This document shows positions 12,996 through 26,012 of a DNA stretch of 64,000 nt, piece by piece. This DNA is from Heptranchias perlo (Eukaryota). How positions within the stretch are numbered: the first letter of the stretch is position 1; every line of letters begins with the position of its first letter. Both the position numbers and the translations under genes were made by a program. The notes under the pieces are model-generated. The model ran no database searches. It was given only the letters and a program-made list of their open reading frames with translations, and was not told the origin of the DNA. The stretch spans positions 4,154,001 to 4,218,000 of the forward strand of contig NW_027139581.1 in the NCBI RefSeq assembly GCF_035084215.1, in the 5' to 3' direction.

Positions 12996-13452
12996 GAAGA
13001 AGTTGCTGGGTCACTGGATGAGGATAATCCGGTTCACATTGTCTATCTCAGGGGTTATTTGAAGAAGTTGCTGGGTCAGTGGATGAGGATAATCCGGTTC
13101 ACATTGTCTGTCTCAGGGGTGTTTTTTGAAGAAGTTGCTCGGTCAGTGGATGAGGATAATCCGGTTCACATTGTCTGTCTCAGGGGTGTTTTTTTGAAGA
13201 AGTTGCTAGGTCAGTGGATGAGGATAATCCGGTTCACATTGTCTGTCTCAGGGGTGTTTTATGAAGAAGTTTCTGGGTCAGTGGATGAGGATAATCCGGT
13301 TCACATTGTCTGTCTCAGGGGTGTTTTATGAAGAAGTTGCTGAGTCAGTGGATGAGGATAATCCGGTTCACATTGTCTGTCTCAGGGGTGTTTTATGAAG
13401 AAGTTGCTGGGTCAGTGGATCAGGATAATCCGGTTCACATTGTCTTTCTCAG
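12996..13452 (+). repeat. ~67-bp minisatellite, ~7 units
   Basis: gaagaagttg starts at 12996, 13061, 13128, 13196, 13263, 13330, 13397; encodes FEEV..SVDEDNPVHIV, a CR1 RT motif. Confidence 0.92.
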
Positions 13453-13849
13453 GTGGGTCAAAATTATTTTCTGTGGTGGGCCTGATCCGATATCCTGACA
13501 CTTGGCCTGGGCCACATTAAGCAAAACTTATTAAACTAGAAATAGATCAAGATGAACGATGTCGGTCCTCACAGCACACAGAAAAAATGAGGCCTCGAAG
13601 TTTCTCTCAGAATGACAGGCCTGAACTCGAGTTGGAAAACACAGTTGGAAAACATTGATCAATTGAACCAGACTGGGCGGGGCCTGAGGTGCGAGTTGGT
13701 GAAGGAAAAGTGGCGACCGGTGAACTTCGCTCCCTGTCTGAGGGCCCGGGCACTCGGGTTTCTGTATAATTTATTGATTGATTTTGTTTAATGTTTATTG
13801 TCCCTCCGGCCCCAATCTCGATGCGATGACGAAATTTCTGTTCACCGAT

Positions 13850-14245
13850 TCGGACCTTCAATGGCGGAGAGATTACCCAGAATCCCCCGCGGCCCAGAAA
13901 GTGCCCGATCAGTGACTACAGGAGCCCAGTGCGCAGGCGCGGGACTGGGCTGTGCTCTGAGCATGCGCGGTGCGAGTGGTGGAGACAGACTGAGGCGGAA
14001 CAGGCGGGTCGGGTTCCGGTCGGAGACGGTGGGCGCGGGGGAGGAATTGGACCTGTGGGTGGGCAGGGAAGCTTCATAAACACCCGGTGTAGGCCTCAGG
14101 TCCCGAATAAGAGCCCACAGGCCCCGTGTTCACACCGCGGTGACAGGCCCGACCGGCGTCCGCCCGGGTGAGCGGGGAACTGTCCGCCATCTTGGTCAGA
14201 AGTTGAGGGATCACGGCGCATGCGCTTCCACATTGGTGCAAAGTG
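13850..14245 (+). promoter_or_regulatory. CpG-island promoter and probable non-coding exon 1 of ZNF copy 2
   Basis: ZNF143-like TACCCAGAATCCCCCGCG 13874-13891; ACTACA..CCCA; NRF1 TGCGCAGGCGC and GCGCATGCGC 14216-14225; YY1 CCGCCATCTT 14184-14193; candidate donor GG|GTGAGC at 14168. Confidence 0.65.
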
Positions 14246-15742
14246 TGGGCGGGGCTTCAGGGTCCCAGTGACCGGGAACGAAGAGTGGGCGGGGCTTCAA
14301 GGTCCCAGTGACCGGGATGTGGAGATGCCGGTAATGGACTGGGGTTAACAATTGTAAACAATTTTACAACACCAAGTTATCGTCCAACGATTTTATTTTT
14401 AATCCCAGGAACAAGGTCCCAGTGACCGGGAACGAAGAGTGGGCGGGGCTTCAGTGTCACAGTGACCAGAAACAAAGAGTGGGCGGGGCTTCAGGGTCCC
14501 AGTGACCAGGAACAAAGAGTGGGCGTGGCTTCAGGGTCCCAGTGACCAGGAACAAAGAGTGGGCGGGGCTTCAGGGTCCCAGTGACCAGGAACAAAGAGT
14601 GGGCGGGGCTTCAGGATCCCAGTGACCAGGAACAATGAGTGGGCGGGGCTTCAGGGTCCCAGTGACCAGGAACAATGAGTGGGCGGGGCTTCAGGGTCCC
14701 AGTGACTGGGAACAAAGAGTGGGCGGGGCTTCAGGGTCCCAGTGACCAAGAACAATGAGTGGGCGGGGCTTCAGGGTCGCTGTGACCATGAACAAGGAGT
14801 GGGCGGGGCATCAGTGTCCCAGTGACCGGGCACAATGAGTGGGCGGGGTTTCAGTGTCCCACTGACCAGGAACGATGAGTGGGCGGGGCTTCAGTTTCCC
14901 AGTGACCAGGAACAAGGAGTGGGCGCGGCATCAGTGTCCGAGTGACTGGGAATAATGAGTGGGCGGGGCTTCAGGGTCCCAGTGACCAAGAACAATGAGT
15001 GGGCGGGGCTTCAGGGTCGCAGTGACTGGGAACAAAGAGTGGGCGGGGGTTCAGGGTCCTCGTGACCAGGAACAAAGAGTGGGCGGGGAGACAGGGTCCG
15101 AGTGACCAGGAGCAAAGAGTGGGCGGGGCTTCAGTGTCCCAGTGACCGCGAACAAAGAGTGGGCGGGGCTTCAGGTTCCCAGTGACTGGGAACAAAGAGT
15201 GGGCGGGGCTTCAGGGTCCCAATGACCGGGAGCAAAGTGTGGGCGGGGCTTCAGGGTCCCAGTGACTGGGAACAAATAGTGGGCGGGGCTTCAGGGTGCC
15301 TGTGACTGGGAACAAAGAGTGGGCGGGGCTTCAGGGTCCCAGTGACAGGGAACAAAGAGTGGGCGGGGCTTCACGGTCCCAGTGACCGGGATCAAAGAGT
15401 GGGCGGGGCTTCAGGGTCCTGTGACTGTGAACAAAGAGTGGGCGGGGCTTCAGGGTCCCAGTGATGGGGAACAAAGAGTGTGCGGGGCTTCACGGTCCCA
15501 GTGACCGGAAACAAAGAGTGGGCGGGGCTTCAGGGTCCCAGTGACTGGGAACAAAGAGTGGGCGGGGCTTCAGGGTCCCTGTGACTGTGAACAAAGAGTG
15601 GGCGGGGCTTCAGAGTCCCTGTGACTGGGAACAAAGAGTGGGCGGGGCTTCAGGGTCCCTGTGACTGGGAACAAAGAGTGGGCGGGGCTTCAGTGTCCCA
15701 GTGACTGTGAACAAAGAGTGGGCGGGGCTTCCGGGTCCCTGT
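14245..15742 (+). repeat. 40-bp minisatellite (AGTGACCAGGAACAAAGAGTGGGCGGGGCTTCAGGGTCCC), ~35 units, one GC box per unit
   Basis: Clear 40-bp period, interrupted by a ~90-bp unrelated insert at ~14318-14410. Confidence 0.95.
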
Positions 15743-16016
15743 GCCTCATTTATTTTCCTCTCACTCTGCTCCCAGGGGGTGGAGAACTGAACCCGACCAG
15801 AGTAGAGGGAGGGAGGAAACTGGGAGTGGAGGGAAGAAATGATGGAGATGGTGCGATGGGTTTGGATTTCAGCACAGGGAGGAGGGAGAGTGTGTGGGAC
15901 GGGGATTTACAGTCTGGGGGAATGAGCGTGAAGAATGTTCCATCGAAACTAGAATTGTCTGTTCTGAATTTCTATCCTGTATTTGCAGTGAGGACTTTTG
16001 TAAACTCCTTTTACAG

Positions 16017-16883
16017 GGTATTAGAAGGGGAGGATTTGCAGACGGGAAACTCAAATCAAACATCTCGTCAGGATCTGACAGTCCCTCGATTCATCAGGAC
16101 CTGAATATCATCGGCCTTTGAATGTGGAAGGAGAAATGTTTGTCTGTTGTTTCTGTGGGAAAAGATTTCAAACATCAGTGTGAGTGGAAAATCACCGAGA
16201 CTCTCAGACCCGAGTGAGAGTGTTCCAGTGCACGGAGTGTGGAAAGAGCTTTAACCAGTTACACAGTCTGAAAAAACATCGCACCGTTCACAGCGGGGAG
16301 AAACCGTCCACGTGTTCTGTGTGTGGACGAGGCTTCAACTGATCGTCCAACCTGGAGAGACACAAGGACACCCGGACCACGGAGAAACGGTGGAAATGTG
16401 GGGACTGTGGGAAGGGATTCAATTACCCATCTAAGCTGGAAACTCATCGACGCAGTCACACCGGGGAGAGGCCGTTCATCTGCTCCGTGTGTGGGAAGGG
16501 ATTCACTGATTCATCCACCCTGCTTACACACGAGCGAGTTCACACTGGGGAGAGACCGTTCACCTGCTCCGTGTGTGGGAAGGGATTCACTCAGTCATCC
16601 CACGAGCTGAGACACCAGCGAGCTCACTCCAGGGAGAGGTCGTTCACCTGCTCCGTGTGTGGGAAAGGATTCACTCAGTCATACAGCCTCAGTGAACACC
16701 AACTTGTTCACACTGATAAGAAAACGTTTAAATGTACTAACGGTGAAGAGCTTCAAGAGGACATGGGACCTGCTGAAACATGAACGGGTTCACAGTGGGG
16801 AGAGGCCGTTCACCTGCTCCGTGTTTGGGAAGAGATTCACTCTGTCATCCCACTGGCTGAGACACCAGCGAGTTCACCTGTGA
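16017..16883 (+). pseudogene. C2H2 zinc-finger gene, copy 2 (terminal exon), probably disrupted
   Basis: Acceptor ccttttacag at 16016; [20 protein letters not shown] fingers (ORF 16487-16783); upstream in-frame TGA ~16340; ACG in place of a start codon; frameshift ~16745. Confidence 0.82.
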
Positions 16884-17019
16884 TGCAGGGGTTGGATTCT
16901 GCTGTCATTGCTGCTGTTAATCACATCCAGGACTGAACTGTTCATTCTGACAGTTGGGGTTTGTTTCTGATATTAATAACCCCGAGAACTGGGCTGGAGT
17001 TTAATATTCTGGATATATG

Positions 17020-18020
17020 TACTCCAGAGGGGCTCTGACCGAGGCTCTGTGGAACTGAAGCATAACTTCCTCCCCTTTGTATTCCAGCCCTCGAGATAAA
17101 GGCCAACATTCCATTAGTCTTTGTGATTACTTTTTGTATCTGGGCACTAGCTTTTAGTGATTTGTGTGCACAGACACCCAAATGCCTTTGCTCCTCCACA
17201 GTTCCCAGTCTCTCACTTTAAGAAAATACTCCAATGTTTCCTTCTGGTATCCAAAGTGGATGATCTCACACTTCCCCACACTGAACTCCATCTGCCACAG
17301 TTTTGTCCACTCACTTAATCTGTCCCTTTGTAACTTCCTGCTCCCATCCACACAACTTACTGTGTCTCCTAACTTAGTGTCATCTGGAAACTTGGATATA
17401 AAACTCTCTATTCCTTCATCCAAGTTATTGATAAATATGGTGAAAAGCTGAGACCCCAGTCCAGATCCCTGGGGAACACCACTTGTCACATCCCACCAAT
17501 CAAAGAACGTTCCCTTTATCCCCACTCTCTGTCTCCCACCTCCCAACACAAGTCACAAGGTCACTTTCAATTTTGTGCACTTTTATTTTTGCGAATAATC
17601 TCTTGTGCTGAACCCTATCAAATGCCTTCTGGAAGTCCACACAGACAATGTCCATCGACATTCCCTGTCCAGCCTGTTAGTGACTTCAAAAAACTCATCT
17701 TGATTAGTCAGACATGACCCACCCTTCACAAATCCACGCTGACTCTCTTTGATCAGCTCAGACTTGTTCAAGTCCTCAATCATTCTGTCTCTGGTGATAG
17801 ATTCCAGTAACTTCTCCACTCCTGACGTTAAACTGACAGATCTGTCGTTTCCTTTTCTCTCTCTTCCTCCTCTCTTAAATATTGGAGTGATATTTTCATA
17901 TCCAAAGGCACAATTCCCGAGTCCAGAGAGCTTTGGGTAACTATGACTAATGTTTCTGTAATTTCCCCACCTGTTTCCTTTAATACCCTGAGGGAAAACC
18001 GTCAGGCCCTGGAGATTTCA
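17020..18020 (-). mobile_element. CR1 RT fragment
   Basis: SGVPQGSGLG...FPDDTKLG (ORF 17154-17549); SQRGFVKGGSCLTN. Confidence 0.88.
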
Positions 18021-18367
18021 TTCTTTCTTTGCAGTTATTTATTTATCAATTTCCAGAGATAATTGATTCATATTTTAATACTAAACATTGATTATCAGAT
18101 GGGTTTAATTTGTATTCTTTTAGTTACTTTTTATTGCTCACTTTAGTATAATTCACCTGTTTCTTTCTCTTATTCAATCAGTTTTTATTAATTTCCTTTT
18201 TATTACTCACTCCTTTCATACAAACCTCAGATTCCCCAGTCTAAGTTCCCTCGGTTAACTTGAGGTTTTTACCCCCACCACTAACTGGAAGATCAACTTC
18301 AGGCAACTACTGGGGAGATCACATGACGGGGCACCGGGGAGATCACATGACGGGGCACCGGGGAGAC

Positions 18368-19962
18368 CATAAGAGATAGGAGCAGGAGCAGGCCATTCAG
18401 CCCCTCGAGCCTGCTCCGCCATTCAATGGCTGATCTGATTTTTACCTCAACTCCTCTTTCCCGCCCTTTCCCCATATCCTTTGACCCCCTCGCTGATCAA
18501 CAATTTTCTAACTCAGCCTTGAATGTATTCAATGACTCAGCCTCCACAGCTTTTGGGGTAAAGATTTCCAAAGAATCACGACCCTGTGGGAGAAGAAATT
18601 CCTCCTCATTTCTGTCTTAAACGGGCGACCCCTTATTCTCAGACAATGACCCCGAGTTTTAGATTCCCCCTGAGGGATAACATCCTCTCAGCATCGATCC
18701 TGTCGAGTCCCCTCAGAATCTTGTATGTTTCAATAAGATCTCCTCTCATTTTTCTAAACTGCAATGAGTATGGACCCAACCTGTTCAATCTTTCCTCATA
18801 AGACAACCCTTCCATACCCGGGATCAACCTCGTGAACCTTCTCTGAACTGCCTCCAATGCAAGTATGTCCTTCCTTAAATAAAGGCACCAGAACTGTACG
18901 CAGTACTCCAGGTGTGGTCTCACCAGCACCCTGTACAGTTGTAGCATGACTTCCCTGCTTTTATACTCCATCCCCCCAGAAATAAAGGCCAATATTCTGT
19001 TTGCATGCTGCACCTGTATGTTGACTTTTTGTGTTTCATGTACGAGGACACCCAGATCCCTCTGTACTGCAGCATTCTGTAGTATTTCTCCATAGAAATA
19101 ATATTTTGCTTTTTTATTTTTCCTCCCAAAGTGGATGACTTCACATTTTCCCACATTATATTCCAACTGCAAAATGTTTGCCCATTCACTTAACCCGTCA
19201 ATATCCCTTTGCAGACACTTTGTGTCCTCATCTCAACTTGCTTTTCCACCTATCTTTGTATCATCAGCAAATTTGGCCACAAGACACTCTGTTCCTTCAT
19301 TGAAGTCATTGATATATATTGTAAATAGTTGAGGCCCCAGCACTGAGCCCTGCGGCACCCCACTAGTTACAGATTGCCATTTTGAAAATGACCCTTTTAT
19401 CCTGACTCGTTGTTTTCTGTTAATTAGCAAATCCTCTATCCATGCCAGTATATTACCCCCAACACCATGAGCTCTTCTCTTGTGCAGTAATCTTTTATGT
19501 GGCACCTTATCGAATGCCTTTTGGAAATCCAAATATACTGCATCCATTGGTTCCCCTTTATCCACCCTGCTCGTTACATTCTCAAAGAACTCTAATCAAT
19601 TGTCAGACATGTTTTCCCTTTCATAAAACCATGTTGACTCCCCTTCATTGTATTATGAGTCTCCAAATGTCCTGCTACTACTTCCTTAACAATGGAATCT
19701 AGCATTTTCCCCAATGACAGATGTTAGGCTAACTGGTCTATAGTTACCTGCTCTCTGTCTCACTCCCTTCTTGAATAGGGTGTTATGTTTGCGGTTTTCC
19801 AATCCGCTGGGACCTTTCCAGAATCTAGTGAATTCTGGAAGATTACAACCAATGCATCCACTATCTCTGCAGCCACTTCCTTTAAGACCCTTGGATGCAA
19901 GCCATCAGGTCCAGAGGACTTGTCAGCCTTTAGACCCATTAGTTTACCTGGTACTTTTTCTC
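18368..19962 (-). mobile_element. CR1 LINE, 5'-truncated, with 3' tail
   Basis: KSSGPDGLHPRVLKE, VYLDFQKAFDKVPH, FADDTK, LEYCVQFW, YEERLNRLG; tail at 18368. Confidence 0.93.
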
Positions 19963-20510
19963 TAACCGGTCTCTCTCCGGTGAGACTGTGCCGGTGTGTC
20001 AGTAAATGGGATGATCGAGTGAATCCCTTTCCACACAGAGCTGGTGAACGGATTCTCCCCATTACGAAGATTCAGATGTGGCAGTAGGTGAGATGAGCGA
20101 GTGAATCCATTCCCACACTCAGCTGGCGAACGGCCTCTCCCCGTGTGACTGGGTCGATGAGTTTCCAGCAACTGAATCCCTTCCCACAGTCCCCACATTT
20201 GAACTGTTGATTCCCGGCACATCTGTGTTTGTGTCTCACGGGCCAGACGATTGGCTGAAAGGATTTTCACACACAGAACACGTGACCAGTTTGTCACCGC
20301 TGTGATTGGTGATTTTTCCTTCGACATCCAAAGGCCGATGATATTCAGGTCCTGATGAATCGAGTGACTGTCAGACCTTGACGTGATGTTTGGTTTGAGT
20401 TTCCCATCTGTAAATCCTCCCCTTCTAATATCCTGTAAAAGGAGTTTACCAAAGTTCCTACTTTAATTACAGGATAGAATTTCAGAACAGACAATTCTCG
20501 TTTCTTGTCT
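19963..20510 (-). pseudogene. C2H2 zinc-finger gene, copy 3, degraded and cut off by CR1
   Basis: CGKGFTRSSHLLTHRHSLTGERP; acceptor and upstream region (LVNSFYRILEGEDLQ) homologous to copy 2. Confidence 0.8.
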
Positions 20511-20742
20511 CCAGTTTCAAATTCTACTGTCACATTTTATTTGATTTCACTCCTGTGAAGCACCTTGGGATGTTTTACTTCATTAAATGCTCTGTATAAA
20601 TACAAGTTGTTGGTGTTTCTGTCGAATATTCTGTCCCCTCCTGTCCCTCCTAATCTGTAAATTCCCCATTCCACACACTCTCCCTCCTCCCTCCGTCCTT
20701 ACTGTCTGAAATCAACATTCATTACACCATCTGTGATTTTGT

Positions 20743-20885
20743 ATAAGAAGATAAGAACATAAGAAATAGCAGCAGGAGTAGGCCATTCGGCCCCTCGTGC
20801 TTGCTCCGCCATTCAATATGATCACGGCTGATCTTCGACCTCAACTCCACTTTCCCGCCCGATCCCCAGATCTCTTGATTCCCCG
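20743..20885 (-). mobile_element. CR1 3'-tail fragment
   Basis: ataagaacataagaaatagcagcaggagtaggccattcggccc. Confidence 0.75.
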
Positions 20886-21818
20886 ACAGTCCATCATGAG
20901 GTCAGAATTGAGGATGTTCGCTGATGATTGCACAGTGTTCAGTTTCATTCGCAACCCCTCAGGTAATGAAGCAGTCCGAGCCCGCATGCAGCAAGACCGG
21001 GACAACATCCAGGCTTGAGCTCATAAGTGGCAATTAACATTCACGCCAGACAAGTGCCAGGCAATGACCATCTTCAACAAGAGAGAGTCTAACCACCTCA
21101 CCATAACATTCAACGGCATTACCATCGCCGAATCCCCCACCATCAACATCCTGGAGGTCACCATTGACCAGAAACTAACTGGACCAGTCATATAAATACT
21201 GTGGCTACAAGAGCAGGTCAAGGGCTGGTTATTCTGCGGCGAGTGTCTCACCTCCTGACTCCCCAAAGCCTTTCCACCATCAACAAAGCACAATTCAGGA
21301 GTGTGATGGAATACTCTCCACTTGCCTGGATGAGTGCAGCTCCAACAACACTCAAGAAGCTCGACACCATCCAGGACAAAGCAGCCCTCTTGATTGGCAC
21401 CCCATCCACCACCCGAAACATTCACTCCCTTCACCACCGGCGCACCGTGGCTGCAGTGTGTACCATCCCCAGGATGCACTGCAGCAACTCGCCAAGGCTT
21501 CTTCGACAGCACCTCCCAAACCCGCGACCTCTACCACCGAGAAGGACAAGAGCAGCAGGCACATGGGAATACCACCACCTCCATGTTCCCCTCCAAGTCA
21601 CACACCATCCCGACTTGGAAATATATCGCCGTCCCTTCATCGTCGCTGGGTCAAAATCCTGGAACTCCCTTCCTAACAGCGCTGTGGGAGAACCTTCACC
21701 CGACGGACTGCAGTGGTTCAAGAAGGCGGCTCACCACCACCTTCTCAAGGGCAGTTAGTGATGGACAATAAACGCTGGCCTTGCCAGCGATGCCCACATC
21801 CTATGAACGAAAACAAAA
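20886..21818 (+). mobile_element. LINE A 3' fragment
   Basis: MFADDCTVFS, QSLSTINKAQFRSVMEYSPLAW; same 3'UTR as 4158-5231. Confidence 0.9.
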
Positions 21819-21820
21819 TG

Positions 21821-21948
21821 TAAACCGTGCTGTCGTTGCCCTGGGAGTGTTTGATGGGACAGTGCAGAAGGAGCTTTATTCTGTATCTAACCCGTGCTGT
21901 ACCTGCCCTGGGAGTGTTTGATGGGACAGTGTAGAGGGAGATTTACTC
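21821..21948 (+). repeat. Two copies of a 67-bp unit (TAACCCGTGCTGTACCTGCCCTGGGAGTGTTTGATGGGACAGTGTAGAGGGAG...)
   Basis: Units start at 21821 and 21888. Confidence 0.8.
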
Positions 21949-21949
21949 A

Positions 21950-22600
21950 CATATCCTCTCCATCACCAAGACCGCCTCCTTTCACCTTCGTAACATTGCG
22001 CAGCTCCAGCTCACCTCAGCTCATCTGTTGCTGAAACCCTCATCCATGCATTTGTTGCCTCGAGACTTGACTATTCCAATGATCTCCTGGCCGGCCTCTC
22101 ATCTTCCACCCTCCATAAACTTGAGCTGATCCAAAACTCTGCTCCCCGTATTCCAACTCGCACCAATTCCTGTTCATCCATCACCCCCTGTGCTTGCTTT
22201 TGGTCGGTCTGGGAACACCTCGATTTTAAACTTCTCATCCTTGTTTCCAAATTCTTCCACGGCCTCGCCCCTCCCTATCTCTGTATCCTCCTCCAGCCCT
22301 ACAACCCTCCGAGATTTCTGCCCTTGTCCTAAATCACTCCACCATTGGCGGCCGTGCCTTCAGCTGCCTTGACCCGAATCACTGGAATTCCCTCCCTAAA
22401 CCTCTCCGCATCTCCGCCTCTCTCTCCTCCTTTAAGACGCTCATTAAATCTTACCTCTTTGACCAAGCTTTTGGTCACCTGTCCTAATATCTACTTATGT
22501 GGCTCAGTGTCAAATTTTGTTTGATAATTGCTCCTGTGAAACGCCTTGGGAACTTTTATTATGTTAAAGGCGCTACATAAATGCAAGTTGTTGTTGTTGT
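21950..22600 (+). mobile_element. L2 LINE 3' fragment
   Basis: AETLIHAFVASRLDYSNDLLAGL..STLHKLELIQNSA; tail aaatgcaag(ttg)n. Confidence 0.85.
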
Positions 22601-22839
22601 ATGTAAACTGCTCTGTGCCTGACCTGGGAGTCCTGGATACTGACAAGAGGTGCTCGGACTGATTAAATGTCCCATTTCCAGGCTCTGACACCCATCACCT
22701 CGATGAACACAAAGATTCACCTGAAGAAGGTCACACAAATCCATCAGCTTCTCCCCGGACACAGATACTGAGGGACAGGGAGTGTCCGGGACAGTGACAA
22801 GTCTAACTCAATAAGCTATAAATTGATCCTGGACCTCTT

Positions 22840-23523
22840 AGAATCATAGAATTATCGAAAATTTACGGCACAGATGGAGGCCATTCGGCCCATCGTGTCC
22901 GCGCCGGCTGATAAACGAGCCACCCAGCCTAATCTCATTTTCCCGAGTTTGGTCCGTAGCCCTGCAGGTCACGGCTCTTCTGGTGCACATCCAGGTATTT
23001 TTTTAATGAGTTAAGCGTTTCTGCCTCGACCGCCCTCTCAGGCAGTGAGTTCCAGGCCCCCACCGCCCTGTGGTTGAAAATATTTTCCTCATTTTCGCTC
23101 TAATCCTTCTACTAATAAATTTAAATCTATGCCCCCTGGTTATTGATCCCTCCGCTCAGGGAAATAGGTCCTTCTGATCCACTCTACCTAGGCCCTACAT
23201 AATTTTGTACACCTCAATCAAATCACCCCTCAGCCTCCTCTGTTTCAAGGAAAACAACCACAGACTATCCAATCTGTCATCACAGCTAAAATTCTCCAAT
23301 CCTGGCAAAATCCTTGTAAATCTCCTCTGCACCCTCTCCAGTGCAATTACATCCTTCCTGTAATGTGGTGACCAGAACTGTGCGCAGTACTCAAGCTGTG
23401 GCCTAACTAGTGTTTTATACAGTTCCAGCATAACATCCCTGCTGTTTTATTCTGTGCCTCAGCTAATAAAGGAAAGCATTCCATCTGCCTCCTTAACCAC
23501 CTTATCGACCTCTCCTGCTACCA
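22840..23523 (-). mobile_element. CR1 3' fragment (same subfamily as 55725-58075)
   Basis: LVRPQLEYCAQFWSPHYRKD (ORF 23195-23431). Confidence 0.9.
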
Positions 23524-23529
23524 TGTCGA

Positions 23530-24765
23530 ACGAAGCTAGTTGATTTTTTGAGGAGCTAATTAATGTGGTAGATTAGGAGTGTCTATGGATGTTATTTATA
23601 TGAACTTCCAGAAGGCGTTCGACAAGGTTCCACATAAGAGTCTGTTGACAAAATCGAGAGTGCATGGAATTGGAGACAACCCATTGGCTTGGACAGGGAA
23701 TTGGTTAGGAGGTAGGAGACAGAGAGTGGGGATAATGGGTATGGACTCAAATCAGCAGGATGTGACCAGTGGTGTCCCCAGGGATCTGTACTGGGGATTC
23801 AGCTTTTCACTGTATTTATAAATGACTTGGATGAAGGAATAGACAGCCGAAGTTCGCTGACGACAGTAAGTTAGGAAGCACAATAAATATTGTAGATGGG
23901 AGCAGATAGTTGCAAAGGGACGTTGAAAGATTAAATGAATGGGCAAAACTGTGGCAGATGGAGTTCAATGTGGAAAAGTGTGAGGTCATCCACTTTCGAC
24001 CTAAGAAAGATAGATCAGATTATCTAAATGGTGAGATGCTGGGAACTGTGGAAGAGCAGAGAGATTGTGGGGTCCAAGTCCAGAAATCACTAAAAGCTGA
24101 AGAATTGGTCCAAAAAATAATTGAAAAGACAAATGGAACTTTGAGCCTGATCAAAAAGGGCTGGAACACAAAGGGTGGAAGTTATGTTAAAGCTGTGCTG
24201 AGCTCTGGTTAGACCCCATCTGGAGACTGAATTCAGTTCTGGGCAGCGCACCTCAGGAAGGATATCTGGGCCTTGGAGGGGGTACAGCACAGATTCACCA
24301 GAATGACACCGGGGCTAAAAAGTTTAAATTATGAGGACAGACTGCACAGACTAGGTTTGTATTCCCTTCAGTACAGAAGATTAAGGGCTGATCCAATGGT
24401 CGTATTTAAGATGATTAAAGGATTTGATGGGGAAGATAGAGAGAAACTATTTCCTCTGGTGGGGGAGTCCAGAACAATGGGCCATAACCTTAAAATTAAA
24501 GGTAGTCTGTTCAGGGGTGATGTCAGGAATCATTTCTTCACACAAAGGGCAGTGGAAATCTGGAACCTTCTCCTGCAAAAAGCTGTTGAGGCTCGGGATC
24601 AATTGATAATTTCAAAACTGAGATTGATCGATTTTTGTTCGGGGCGGGTATTAAGTGTTCAAATCCAAGGCGGGTAAATGGAGTTAATATACAGATCGAA
24701 CTTGATCTAATAGAATGGGGGAACACGCTCGAGGGTTTAAATGGCCGACTCCTGTTCCTCTGTTC
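23530..24765 (+). mobile_element. CR1 RT-to-3'UTR fragment
   Basis: FQKAFDKVPH, FADD, YEDRLHRLGLYSL. Confidence 0.9.
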
Positions 24766-25113
24766 CCAAGGAGACGGAAAATGATTCTTAAAATATGATT
24801 CTCTGGTCCTCACTCCACGGGCTGCATGTGTGCCCCGCCCGCCCGCTTTGTGCAAACACATGAAACAAGAGCCTGGCGGACGGGAGCTTCATCCACCCGC
24901 CCCAGGCCGCACCAGAGGACTGAACGGGGCTAAAAACCAACAGGAATCAAGCGGGACTGATCTCCGCGGACTTCCCCACCTCTACCGTCCCTGTTAGTCA
25001 CTAAATCAGGGCGGTGAAAGATGAAAACCGGCCTCACTGTGTTTGTATCACAGAGATGAGGGGATTGGGCAGAACACCAGACCAACACCTTGTGATGATG
25101 GAAAGTCTTCTCT

Positions 25114-26012
25114 TTATTTAATAAATTTAACAATTCCAGTAAAGGGATATTTCACCACATTCTTCAACTCCTCTCTGAATTTAGTCTGGGTCACGGCATA
25201 AATACACGTGTTGGTGCAGCAACTCAGGAGCTGGAGCATAAATCCCAGTTCTTGTACGTATTGAGGTAGATACACAGGAATAAAGTCTAACCCATATAAT
25301 CGGTACCATACAAAAAACAACAGAAACACCGCCCATAACAGGATAAAATTCCCCGATATAACAAACAGTAAAATGATGGATTTCCTTCTCTTCTCCATCT
25401 CTGGGTCACTGGGACTCTCCCCACTGCTGTGGGCCCGGAGTCTCCTGCGGACTCTGCTCGACACTAAAATGTGTCTGACGGTTAAAGCATTGAGCAGCAG
25501 AATCAGAACAAATGGAACAAATGGTGTTACAATATAATGAAGGAATTCAATTACTGCCCACACCTGTGAATCCAGAACATCCAATGATACAAAACAAAAC
25601 CAGGGAGAATTACGAATCCAATATTCACCTCCAAGCATAAAGTACCAGAAAGTGTTCTTCACACAGAACAGCACACTCACTGTTCCCAGAACCACAGCCG
25701 CCGTTTTCTCGGTGCAATATTTTGTTTTCAGCTTCTGGAAACAAATGGCCACAAATCGATCAAAGGTGAAAGTGACTGTGAACCAGACAGAACAGTCTGT
25801 GGCTGCGTAAAGCAGGACGGCGTGGATATTACACACTTTAAAGTTCCACATGAACATAAATTGAGTCCAATAAAGAATAGGAATTTGCCTGAATATCAGA
25901 TCAGTGATAACGACCAGTAGATCCGCCGCTGCCATGGACACCAGGTAACGGGTGACACATTTGGAGAGACCACATCTTCCTCGAGACAGGATCACAATCG
26001 TCACTAAGTTCA
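25114..26012 (-). CDS. GPR139/GPR142-like class A GPCR, exon 2 (second half of TM1 to C-terminus)
   Basis: 299 open codons with 7TM hydrophobicity: MAAADLL (TM2), Cys at start of TM3, TFDRFVAIC (DRY variant), SCCTNTCIY (NPxxY variant). Acceptor tttttcttcctgacag|TG, phase 1. Confidence 0.92.
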
